A stretch of 64,000 bases of DNA, taken from Candidatus Woesebacteria bacterium. Its GTDB lineage: Bacteria; Patescibacteriota; Microgenomatia; UBA8517. Below the pieces are notes generated by a model. The model was given only the letters and a program-made list of their open reading frames with translations. It was not told the DNA's origin and made no database searches. Of the stretch, positions 56,063 through 64,000 are shown in pieces (the stretch's first letter is position 1; each line of letters opens with the position of its first letter). Made by a program: the position numbers and the translations under genes. The DNA is taken from the NCBI GenBank assembly GCA_016432525.1, contig CP066693.1:849639-913638 (forward strand). The letters run 5' to 3'.

Positions 56063-58537
56063 TTATGGAGCCACTTCCTTCCAAATAACATTGCGCCTTG
56101 ATAGTTGTCTTGGGAAATTTACAATCTGAGTTGGATCATACTGCACAAACTCAGCCGGTGTCGTGTTATTCAAAGCTCCACCCAAATCTCTTTGCAAATT
56201 AACTGTAGTAGCAACAACAGCTCCGTCTACCACAAGCTTCGTGTTTCCAGCCCCAGTATTAAAGCTCCCCCCATTAAAGAATAATCCAGTCAAAGCTGGG
56301 TTATTTCCATTGGTTATAGATTGATCAACATTTGTATTATTCTGAACTATTGCCAAAAAGAAATCAGAAGCGCTATTCAAAGCAATTCTTCCGTTTATAT
56401 TAAGATTGCCTCCTTCAACAAATAGTATTACTTTCCCACTGATAGTTACATTTCCGCTAATCGTTAAATCACCACTACTTTTGTACCATCTATATCCGCC
56501 AGAAGAAGAGCCACCAGTGTTAAATGTAGTATTTGTTGCAGTTGAAGAAGGCAGATTAAAGTTTGCATCAGCCAAAACACTTGATGGTGTCAAGCTTGAA
56601 AAGTAAGCATAGTCATACTGCTTACCCAAATATGAGCTATTGGCATTCCAATTTGTTGAAGAAGGTGATCCTCCAGCTATACCAAGATCCAAATTCCCTC
56701 CATAAGTTGCAACTCCAGGTGAAACTCCAGGACTATTTACAATCAAGCTTGGAGTGCATGCAGGAGTTGTACAAGTAAATGGAATCTTAGATGAAACATT
56801 TCCTCCACCATACACATCCCCATCCCCACATTGCCACCAAGCAATAGCAGGGCAAAGACCAACAGTAACAGTTGCAGATGGTCCAGAAAGAGCTGATATG
56901 GAACAAGCAGGCAAACCCGAAGCCTGAATCCTTGAATAATACGATCCTATTGCCATATTTATAGTTGTGTATGTGCATCCTAAGGCTCCACAACTGAATG
57001 TCGCGGCTGGCAGCATCCCGCTATCAATTATTTGGTTATTAGTAACTGCGTTATAAATTCTTATCTGGTATTGAGTAGCCAAAGGAACTCGATTCCACTT
57101 CCAAGTAACAGATCCAGTACCAGTTGGAGTTGGAGAGCATGTTGAAGCAGGAGGATCAATTGGAGTAGGAGTAGCACATTGTAGAACTGCCACATTTACA
57201 TTTACAGTTGCAGTTGCAGTTCCACCTGAACCTATACAATTCAAGGTATAAAAGGCACTGACCGTCAAATTTGCTGTTTGTTCTGTCCCAGAAGTACTCT
57301 TAGTCCCATTCCAAGCGCCTATTGCACTACACGATGTTGCATTTGTAGTGCTCCAATTTAAAGTTGCAGATGTGCCAGATGGAATAGTTATTGTTGTCCC
57401 AGTTTGAGGCGGAGTACCTCCTGTTGCAGTAAATGTTATTACGGGAAGCGGAGAACAAGTTGATTGAATTTGAGCCTGACTAAATCCAGAAGACTGACCA
57501 GTCGCTTGATTATAAAGAAAACTGTTTCCAACTGCTGCCCAATCACATTTTGGTCTTACTAGTTGGGGATTATTGGTATAATAATAGCCCGTGGCGTCAC
57601 CCGGCTTGCTACCTGTACAATAAGTTGTTCCAGCTCCTCCAGGACAAGAAACTCCCGAAACGAAAGTGCACATGCTCCCTGCACCACAAGGTCCTGCGCA
57701 AGGCTGACCACATTTATACGGAGTATTAGATTTACATAAACATGTTGTTCCTGGCTGAGTATAATCAACACCATCAACTACACAGGTTGGGTTCGCACAT
57801 ACTCCTCCACCACCTGGCAGTGGCTTACAATATACTGCTTCTCCAGAAGTTGATTTTGCACAATCCGCAGTTACTATACAAGGTCCACCACAAATACTAT
57901 TAAGACAACCCAATGGTCCACAACCACTTGGAGGTGGAGTACCAGTACCACCACCAGATGAAGCTGCACAGCAAATTACATCAGTTGAGTTACTACAGTA
58001 TCCAGCTCCAGAAGATGCAGTTCCACCTGAAGCACTACAACTTGCAGATGAAGTACACCAATAAGGTGGTGAACAAGACGGTGTTCCACCTCCACTGGGT
58101 GTTGGAGTAGGAGTAGATCCACCCCCCCCACAAGCAGGACCACTATTTACTAAAACAGAGTCGCAAGGTGCAGCTCCAGGTTGGCAAAGATGTCCGCCAA
58201 CACAATCACCAGGAGCAGTACATCCCGGTGTACCTGTACAACTCACACCACCACAACAACTCGCCGGAGCTGGGCCATTAACATAAGTGGCATCACAAGA
58301 AGTTGCACCCATGGTACAACCAACTGCAAACAAACAACTACAAATTCCTGTTCCTGTCCCGCAACTACTAGCGTAGTCACTATTTATCGAACAAGAACCA
58401 GGTCCAATTTGATTACAACTACTTCCACAAGTCTGAGCATTAACAACCCCAGGTTTTAAAAATAGTCGAACACCAATAAATAAAGCAAAAAGTATGGTAA
58501 AAATATTTATTATTTTGACAAAATTAGTAATTCGCAT
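56063..58537 (-). CDS. large (824 aa) secreted Cys/Gly/Ser/Thr-rich protein with Ig-like middle and a beta-helix-like C-terminal repeat region
   Basis: Signal peptide, ~300 aa of dense Cys/Gly/Thr-rich sequence, and C-terminal ISGNVTISGKVILFVEGGNLNINGRIAL-type repeats. Confidence 0.45.
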   Translation of the reverse strand: MRITNFVKIINIFTILFALFIGVRLFLKPGVVNAQTCGSSCNQIGPGSCSINSDYASSCGTGTGICSCLFAVGCTMGATSCDATYVNGPAPASCCGGVSCTGTPGCTAPGDCVGGHLCQPGAAPCDSVLVNSGPACGGGGSTPTPTPSGGGTPSCSPPYWCTSSASCSASGGTASSGAGYCSNSTDVICCAASSGGGTGTPPPSGCGPLGCLNSICGGPCIVTADCAKSTSGEAVYCKPLPGGGGVCANPTCVVDGVDYTQPGTTCLCKSNTPYKCGQPCAGPCGAGSMCTFVSGVSCPGGAGTTYCTGSKPGDATGYYYTNNPQLVRPKCDWAAVGNSFLYNQATGQSSGFSQAQIQSTCSPLPVITFTATGGTPPQTGTTITIPSGTSATLNWSTTNATSCSAIGAWNGTKSTSGTEQTANLTVSAFYTLNCIGSGGTATATVNVNVAVLQCATPTPIDPPASTCSPTPTGTGSVTWKWNRVPLATQYQIRIYNAVTNNQIIDSGMLPAATFSCGALGCTYTTINMAIGSYYSRIQASGLPACSISALSGPSATVTVGLCPAIAWWQCGDGDVYGGGNVSSKIPFTCTTPACTPSLIVNSPGVSPGVATYGGNLDLGIAGGSPSSTNWNANSSYLGKQYDYAYFSSLTPSSVLADANFNLPSSTATNTTFNTGGSSSGGYRWYKSSGDLTISGNVTISGKVILFVEGGNLNINGRIALNSASDFFLAIVQNNTNVDQSITNGNNPALTGLFFNGGSFNTGAGNTKLVVDGAVVATTVNLQRDLGGALNNTTPAEFVQYDPTQIVNFPRQLSRRNVIWKEVAP

Positions 58538-58541
58538 ATTT

Positions 58542-59030
58542 TCAGTTAATTATTTTCTGGACTTCCAGTGCTTTAAAAGAAAAGTCACTTTTGAAGGCCG
58601 AGCGTATTGCAACATAATCTTTATTATTTATATCACTTGAGCTAACCAATAAATACTCTTTTTTGATTGAATTAGTTAAAGTAAATTTTGTAGTATTATC
58701 AAAAGAAACACTAAATACTCTATAAGTTGTTACTAAATCAAAAGAGCCATTAGAGCCATTTCTTTTTAAATTATTTACTTCACCTAATATAAAAACCTGA
58801 TCTGGATTGTTTATCACAAAATCCACTCCGGTTTTAGATTTTGGATCAACTCTGTACCTTGTGACAAAAAACTTAACATCACTATTTGCCAGATCAATCA
58901 TACCCTGGATCTTTTTTTCACCTTCTCTGTTTCTTAAATAATCATTTTGAAGTTTAAAATAAACAGCCAAAAGAATAAGAAGTAATACACCAATAAACAT
59001 AATTACACCTAAAAATATTTTTCTCTTCAT
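58542..59030 (-). CDS. membrane-anchored hypothetical protein
   Basis: N-terminal TM segment. 5-bp gap from the upstream gene. Confidence 0.4.
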   Translation of the reverse strand: MKRKIFLGVIMFIGVLLLILLAVYFKLQNDYLRNREGEKKIQGMIDLANSDVKFFVTRYRVDPKSKTGVDFVINNPDQVFILGEVNNLKRNGSNGSFDLVTTYRVFSVSFDNTTKFTLTNSIKKEYLLVSSSDINNKDYVAIRSAFKSDFSFKALEVQKIIN

Positions 59031-59156
59031 AGGTAGGCTATCAATTCAGTATATGAGAGTTCTAATAAAAATGTCAATAAAACAAAAAACCACTGGCTTC
59101 ACCTTGAAAATGCTTACGCACCTCCTAGGACTTTGACCAGTGGTCGGGGATTAAGG

Positions 59157-59573
59157 TTATAGGTAGCTGAGCTTGCACGTCGGGCTCGATGGGATGAGAA
59201 ACTCTCCAGAGCATTTAAGCTCATAAACTGGTCCTCCCCATGATACAGTCGCAAGCACAACATCGGTCAGCGCGATAGGCACACTGCAATCGTATGACGA
59301 GTTCACCGGCGACGCTTGATAAGTCAGCTGCTGACCTATCACCACATGTTTCGGCGGATAACTCATGCCATAACGCATGTTCCACTCGCCGTCCTTCGGC
59401 CTATAACCAGGTTCGAGAATATGACAAAAAACCCAACTCCCGTCACTGAGTGCGATCTTAACCTCAGCTCCGTAAGCAGGGCTGTTGTCAGCAGTTTTCT
59501 CTGACGCCTGGGCTCCTGTACCGAACGCCAACACACAGCATAGAGCTACCAAAACCAAAATTCGGGTTTTCAT
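59157..59573 (-). CDS. small secreted protein (138 aa) in a high-GC patch
   Basis: Signal peptide MKTRILVLVALCCVLAFGTGAQA. RBS AGGAGGG. Local GC far above the window average. Confidence 0.45.
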   Translation of the reverse strand: MKTRILVLVALCCVLAFGTGAQASEKTADNSPAYGAEVKIALSDGSWVFCHILEPGYRPKDGEWNMRYGMSYPPKHVVIGQQLTYQASPVNSSYDCSVPIALTDVVLATVSWGGPVYELKCSGEFLIPSSPTCKLSYL

Positions 59574-59756
59574 ATTTCCCTCCTGAGAAACAGTTTACCC
59601 TTACGTTAGACGACTCGAAGAAGATTTATCTTCCTCTATAGAGTCGTCTAGCTAATCCTTTGTTATTTCAAAAATTTAAAGAGCTAACCCAATAATTATT
59701 TCTATAGGACATATAATAGTCTCATTCACCTACAAAGTCAAATCCTACAGGATGAA

Positions 59757-59908
59757 ATTGGCAAAAAAAATCCCCCTTTTGGGGGTTTAAGTCCTTCCCC
59801 TTTTTCCTTAAAAGGGAAAAACGCAAACTAGGTTGCGTAATAATTAATTCCATTCTGAGAAACAAGTATAACACACATTTTCAACAGGAAAAAGATAGTC
59901 AAAAGATA
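59757..59908. repeat. copy 1 of a ~150-bp repeated element containing three consecutive hairpins
   Basis: About 99% identical over ~110 bp to 63778..63887. Hairpins CCCCC-TTTT-GGGGG (an intrinsic terminator on the minus strand with an A8/T8 tract), CCCTTTT-TCCTT-AAAAGGG and ACGCAA-ACTAGG-TTGCGT. Confidence 0.7.
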
Positions 59909-60086
59909 TATCTATCTATATATCAAACGAAAAATTAACCCAGATCCCCAGTAACAAGAATAGAAGGCTCCACTGAACCTATTGTTAATAATCTTCTTTT
60001 TATTCCCCCATGGAGTATCTTCCCTACTAAGGGAATAACAAAATAAGTTTAACGATTACAATAGTGGATTTTGAAATACTACCAAT

Positions 60087-60115
60087 TTGACACAAAACAT
60101 TCAGCTTGATACTAT
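60087..60115 (+). promoter_or_regulatory. sigma70-like promoter TTGACA-N17-TACTAT
   Basis: Upstream of the 60182 peptide gene. Confidence 0.45.
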
Positions 60116-60181
60116 GCATTCATCCTAATGTTCTAGAACCATAGGATAATATTTCGTTCTTTCCAAATTCGGAGGTGCCTT

Positions 60182-60409
60182 ATGTCAACCAAGGATGAAG
60201 AGCAGGCAAAACGTGATACGTTAGTTGGTCGATTTGACCGAGCAATGTACGGTGATCTGCTCAACAAATTCGGACCACCAGCAACGAACGATGACGATGA
60301 GTTTGATGCTCAGGTAACAGGTTCCACGCCATCTGATCTGCGCGCAGCTCAACATGACGCTCGAAATGATGCGGAGATCCGAGAATCAAAGCCAAACTCA
60401 AACGATTGA
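60182..60409 (+). CDS. small acidic protein (75 aa)
   Basis: RBS GGAGGTG. MSTKDEEQAKRD...NDDDEFDAQ... Confidence 0.4.
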   Translation: MSTKDEEQAKRDTLVGRFDRAMYGDLLNKFGPPATNDDDEFDAQVTGSTPSDLRAAQHDARNDAEIRESKPNSND

Positions 60410-60459
60410 CAAAGCAGTGGCGAAAGGCCTCATTTTTTAACAAAAAAGTGAGGCCATTT

Positions 60460-60807
60460 TCATCTAACCTCCAGCTTAACAAAAAGCTTTAGAAGTGCTT
60501 CCTCAGGGCAATCGCCATAGAATTCATTTTTTTTATAAATAACTTTATAACCTTCCTCTGTATGACTCAGTTTAATTTTATCTCCAATTATTTCCATTAC
60601 ATTAATATTCACTTCAGGATTAACAGGTATATAAGTTTCGCATAATCGCCATAAATAAGACAAACTAGGAATCCACAACTTATCTATTTCTTCATCCCAT
60701 TCATGTTTTGATTTTCTAAATGACTGAATCCAAGAATTTTCCTCAAGAAGTTTTATAAATTCTTCTGAATATTTCTGTATTGCTAGCTCTCTAGTTATAT
60801 TCAACAT
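60460..60807 (-). CDS. hypothetical protein (115 aa)
   Basis: ORF only. Confidence 0.35.
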   Translation of the reverse strand: MLNITRELAIQKYSEEFIKLLEENSWIQSFRKSKHEWDEEIDKLWIPSLSYLWRLCETYIPVNPEVNINVMEIIGDKIKLSHTEEGYKVIYKKNEFYGDCPEEALLKLFVKLEVR

Positions 60808-60990
60808 AAAATATTATAACAAAACTGTGCTTTCTAGTTCTAGTTTTACAGTGGGACAAAGCACTAGATACTAGACAATGGGTGGTGCAAATCCACCCCT
60901 CCCCAAATCTACAAAACAATAAATTTCACTTCAGTTCCAAAAGCTGCAAGAGTTAAAAACTTCCTCCTAGTAATTTCCTTAGACATAAAA

Positions 60991-61974
60991 TCAAGATACT
61001 CTTCCTTGAAGCTTAAAGATATTATCCAATCTCACATCTCCACCATCACCATCAGAAGCATTGTTAGACGGTAATTGAACTTGTGAGTTGTTATCAAAAT
61101 GATTTGTCCAAATCCAAGGCTTAATACCTTTTGCACTAGCATTTTTCATATAACTCCTATACATAGATACTAAATCAGCCGAATCTGCTTTGCCGCCAGA
61201 CAAAAAAAACAAAGAAACAGGCAAGATATTTGATATATATATAGATTGCCAATCACCATCTAACGACAATTCCTGTTTTCTAAAAGAATTGTCAAGATAA
61301 ATCTCAAACAACCCATCATCCAAGATTGAATAACTGAAGTTCCAACCTGGATAAAAACCATTTCTAAATACGTTTTGCCCTTTTCTGTCTGAGCCAAAAC
61401 GAATTATTACAGGAGCATCTTTTGAAACTTCCCTTTTTTCTACAATTTCTCCATATTCATTTTTCTTTCCAGAAGCCATCCACACATCAATCATTCCATT
61501 TTTATTTGAGGCAACCTCCATTGCTTGTCTTACTTGTTTTGCCAATGCCTCAACCGAACCGATTCTCTCTCCATCGGGATCATCAACTGTATACGTCTCA
61601 TTATAACCAAACGATTCAAGAGTAAATATATGTCCATCCTGCATTCTAGTACTTTTGTCAGCCACAAAAACCACAGGATTGTAACCAGGAATTGCAGCTT
61701 CAACTATAAATTTTGCATTTGGATCCAATCTCTCCACCTGTGCTCTCATTGTCTTTATTTGGTCTTTAACAACATTTTCATCCATCCACCTCTCTACCTT
61801 TGGGGCAGCGCTAATTTTAGTCTTTTCGATTGTTGGAGTCTGATCTAAAGTCGGAGTAGCTGTAAGCTCACCTTGAGCAACCACTTTTCTTTGTGAAGAA
61901 ACTCCCAATAAAGCACCAGCAGTTCCAAAAGCTGCAAGAGTCAAAAACTCTCTTCTACTAATCTCTTTGGGCAT
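60991..61974 (-). CDS. secreted protein with a Tat-type signal (SRREFLT), paralog A
   Basis: MPKEISRREFLTLAAFGTAGALLG. The C-terminal 230 aa are paralogous to the 62007..63695 protein (IPGxNPxxFxADK...DDPDGxRxGxVEAL...KKNEYGxIxEKRxVSKDAPVI). Confidence 0.5.
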   Translation of the reverse strand: MPKEISRREFLTLAAFGTAGALLGVSSQRKVVAQGELTATPTLDQTPTIEKTKISAAPKVERWMDENVVKDQIKTMRAQVERLDPNAKFIVEAAIPGYNPVVFVADKSTRMQDGHIFTLESFGYNETYTVDDPDGERIGSVEALAKQVRQAMEVASNKNGMIDVWMASGKKNEYGEIVEKREVSKDAPVIIRFGSDRKGQNVFRNGFYPGWNFSYSILDDGLFEIYLDNSFRKQELSLDGDWQSIYISNILPVSLFFLSGGKADSADLVSMYRSYMKNASAKGIKPWIWTNHFDNNSQVQLPSNNASDGDGGDVRLDNIFKLQGRVS

Positions 61975-62006
61975 AATTAAAACAGATTCGTTGAAGTCTA
62001 AAGATA

Positions 62007-63695
62007 TTATTCAACATGTGTTTTCATTTTAATAATTGACGCAAATGATCCAGACAAGTCCGAGGCGTTATTTACTGGTATATTTTGCCTTTTAGAATCG
62101 TTAGGAAGTACTGGCGTTAACCATTCCCATGCTCTGATTCTCTTTTCCTCAGCCCTTGATACATAAGCACGCATCATTGGCCAAACATCTGTACCATGAT
62201 AATCTGGATTAAGACTTATAAAAGAAATATCCAAGGCAGAGAGAAAGAAAATAGAATTACCGAGATCTTTTAATATCGCCTTGCTATCGAACCAAGATTT
62301 GGGATAAGAATCAGTTTTTAAAAAGACATAAAGTTCGCCATCCTTTAACAGTTGAAAACCAAATTTCCAACCATTTATTGTCTCCATAGCAACATCTTGT
62401 GTAGTATTAGATCCAATCTCCACGATTACAGGTGCATCTTTTGAAACTTGTCTTTTTTCTATAATTTTTCCATATTCATTTTTCTTTCCCGTATTGACCC
62501 ATACATTAACCATTCCATTCTCATCAGACACTACTTCCATCCGTTGTCTAATCTGTTTCGACAGAGCTTCAACCGCACCAACTCTTCCTCCATCAGGATC
62601 ATCAACAGAATATTCATTATCAAATTCAAATTCCTCGAAATAAAGATTTCCACCTTTTAATTTATCTGTCTTATCTGCCATAAAAATTATTGGGTTAGCC
62701 CCAGGAATCCAAGCTTCTAAAGTATAATGCAGGCTTGGATTCAATCTATTTATTTTTTTATTCATCTCGGAAAACCATTGATCTGCAGAGGATTTTTCAA
62801 TCCACTTTCCTGAAGGAATAAAACCCTTCAATTCTTTTGCACTTAACCCTCCCTTACTTTCATACTTCCCATCCACATATTTTGCAAAAACAAGATTGTC
62901 TGCAGCAAAAAGACCTGGATCTGGAGTCGGTTGAGGAGTAACCTGCCCGCCATCGGTATTTCCTTCTAAAGGATTATTAATCATTCCTGATTCATTTGGA
63001 TTTTGGTTATCTTTGACGAAAGGAGTATAAGTCACAGTCCCCGTTTCTTTGTCTTTGATAAGTGCCATTCCTGGCGTGTATCTATTAAAATCAGATATTT
63101 TAACTTGAAGGACTATCCCCAATTTTCTATTCACACCACTTATAGTTGACTCATCAACTCCATAAAAAGCAAGTTGATGAAAATTATCTCCAGCCGCAGC
63201 TCCGGAAATATATAGTTCATCATTAATCATTCCTGCAAAAATATAAGGTGTATATGTTACGTCAGGAGTGTTTGCAGTTTGTACCAAATTTCCAACAGCG
63301 CTAAGCACGCTAGTTAATTTCTTATACTCATCCTTTGAGGTTATTTCTTTTGCAAGAGCGCTTTCAGGGTTATAAAAAGACTTAAGATCATCTTCGCTTT
63401 TAATTCCGTAATCAGACGCTTTTCCCAAATCATAAGCAAGCGTTGGAAAGGGGTTTAAAGTTTCTTGTTTCTCAGGTGATTTAGGAGCCTCATAAGGTAA
63501 AGCTGTTGGAGTAACCAGTTTCCCACTATTTAGCCACTCATTTGCATCATAAATAATAGTAGTTGGTTTGTCATCACTCTGGGGAGCTTGAAATTTTATA
63601 TCTTTTGCGTTTGCAGGACGAGAGTTACCACCGAATGTGGCCTCGGTAGCCAATACTGTAACAACTCCAAAATTTATAAGTCTATCTTTATTCAT
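62007..63695 (-). CDS. secreted/exported protein (562 aa), paralog B
   Basis: Conserved C-terminal domain shared with the 60991..61974 protein. Confidence 0.5.
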   Translation of the reverse strand: MNKDRLINFGVVTVLATEATFGGNSRPANAKDIKFQAPQSDDKPTTIIYDANEWLNSGKLVTPTALPYEAPKSPEKQETLNPFPTLAYDLGKASDYGIKSEDDLKSFYNPESALAKEITSKDEYKKLTSVLSAVGNLVQTANTPDVTYTPYIFAGMINDELYISGAAAGDNFHQLAFYGVDESTISGVNRKLGIVLQVKISDFNRYTPGMALIKDKETGTVTYTPFVKDNQNPNESGMINNPLEGNTDGGQVTPQPTPDPGLFAADNLVFAKYVDGKYESKGGLSAKELKGFIPSGKWIEKSSADQWFSEMNKKINRLNPSLHYTLEAWIPGANPIIFMADKTDKLKGGNLYFEEFEFDNEYSVDDPDGGRVGAVEALSKQIRQRMEVVSDENGMVNVWVNTGKKNEYGKIIEKRQVSKDAPVIVEIGSNTTQDVAMETINGWKFGFQLLKDGELYVFLKTDSYPKSWFDSKAILKDLGNSIFFLSALDISFISLNPDYHGTDVWPMMRAYVSRAEEKRIRAWEWLTPVLPNDSKRQNIPVNNASDLSGSFASIIKMKTHVE

Positions 63696-63777
63696 TATTT
63701 AGTTTAACTAAATATTATGGGTCTGATTATATCTTGACTTATATTCGTTGTCAAATTTATATAGGATATTTTATCTA

Positions 63778-63930
63778 ATTGGCAAAAAAAATCCCCCTTT
63801 TGGGGGTTTAAGTCCTTCCCCTTTTTCCTTAAAAAGGAAAAACGCAAACTAGGTTGCGTAATAATTAATTCCATTCTTAAGAAATCAGTATATCACAAAC
63901 CTTCAAGAGGAAAAAGATAGTCAAAAGATA
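63778..63930. repeat. copy 2 of the three-hairpin repeated element
   Basis: See copy 1. Lies 84 bp upstream of the start of the 62007..63695 gene. Confidence 0.7.
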
Positions 63931-64000
63931 ACAAACTACACCATTTTCATAACTAAACCCGCCTGAGAAACAGCATGCGGCAAAGAAGAAAGTGGGCTCA

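Noticed and set aside
56406-58459. Multiple short ORFs on both strands (56406..56606, 56563..56778, 56787..56993, 57559..57777, 57913..58110, 58181..58459)
   Set aside because: All lie inside the 56063..58537 low-complexity Cys/Gly/Thr-rich gene. They are compositional artefacts.
1-64000. CRISPR arrays, rRNA genes, transposases/integrases
   Set aside because: I looked for regularly spaced short direct repeats, rRNA-like conserved blocks and DDE/tyrosine-recombinase ORFs and found none. The only repeats are the 81-bp dockerin-coding tandem, the ~150-bp three-hairpin element (2 copies) and the ~40-bp rsmI-end duplication.
63940-64000. ATG just upstream of repeat copy 2 on the minus strand with a ctgtttctcagg leader similar to the 59573 gene's 5'UTR
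   Set aside because: The reading frame stops after 4 codons (ATG AAA ATG GTG TAG). It is not a gene within the window, though a gene may lie beyond the window edge.

Overview
The window looks like a low-GC (roughly mid-30s %), small-genome bacterium. Gene content suggests a Candidate Phyla Radiation / Patescibacteria-type organism: dockerin and cohesin-like surface proteins, an O-antigen-ligase+TPR membrane protein, frequent TTG/GTG starts and few biosynthetic genes. This is inference only. The recognisable core genes are a partial dcd, topA, dprA, a PBP2, two mreB paralogs, def-fmt, rpmB, an M50 protease, rpmG, tRNA-Trp, secE-nusG, rplK-rplA, rplJ-rplL, rpsU, rnhB, rsmI, uppS, a wecG/tagA-type GT26, an M16 peptidase and six tRNAs (Tyr, Thr-TGT, Thr-GGT, Trp, Arg-CCT). 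The rpmG/secE-nusG/rplKAJL block keeps its order but has accessory DNA at every junction. The most unusual accessory region lies immediately after rplL, where rpoB would be expected. On one strand it has a radical-SAM/SPASM enzyme translationally coupled to an 81-aa precursor-like peptide carrying five Trp-x-(Asp/Glu) repeats, followed by an HExxH protein. Divergently on the other strand it has a 7TM membrane protein and four RimK-like ATP-grasp ligases, one fused to a retropepsin-like (DTGA) peptidase domain. Other accessory content: (i) a dockerin/cohesin-like cell-surface module at 11.4-19.4 kb; (ii) three paralogous small Cys-rich genes, each with its own terminator and the first with a near-consensus promoter, between rpmG and tRNA-Trp; (iii) several small acidic or Trp/Asp/His-rich peptide genes dispersed through the window, most with strong promoters (49484 and 49809 also share an RBS context and 49484 has a terminator); (iv) a large Cys-rich protein with a signal peptide and a C-terminal protein-kinase-like domain; (v) a YefM/RelE toxin-antitoxin pair beside tRNA-Arg, with a possible small insertion flanked by a duplicated rsmI 3' end; (vi) a near-identical ~150-bp three-hairpin element present twice near the 3' end of the window. 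No rRNA, CRISPR array or transposase/integrase gene was seen.
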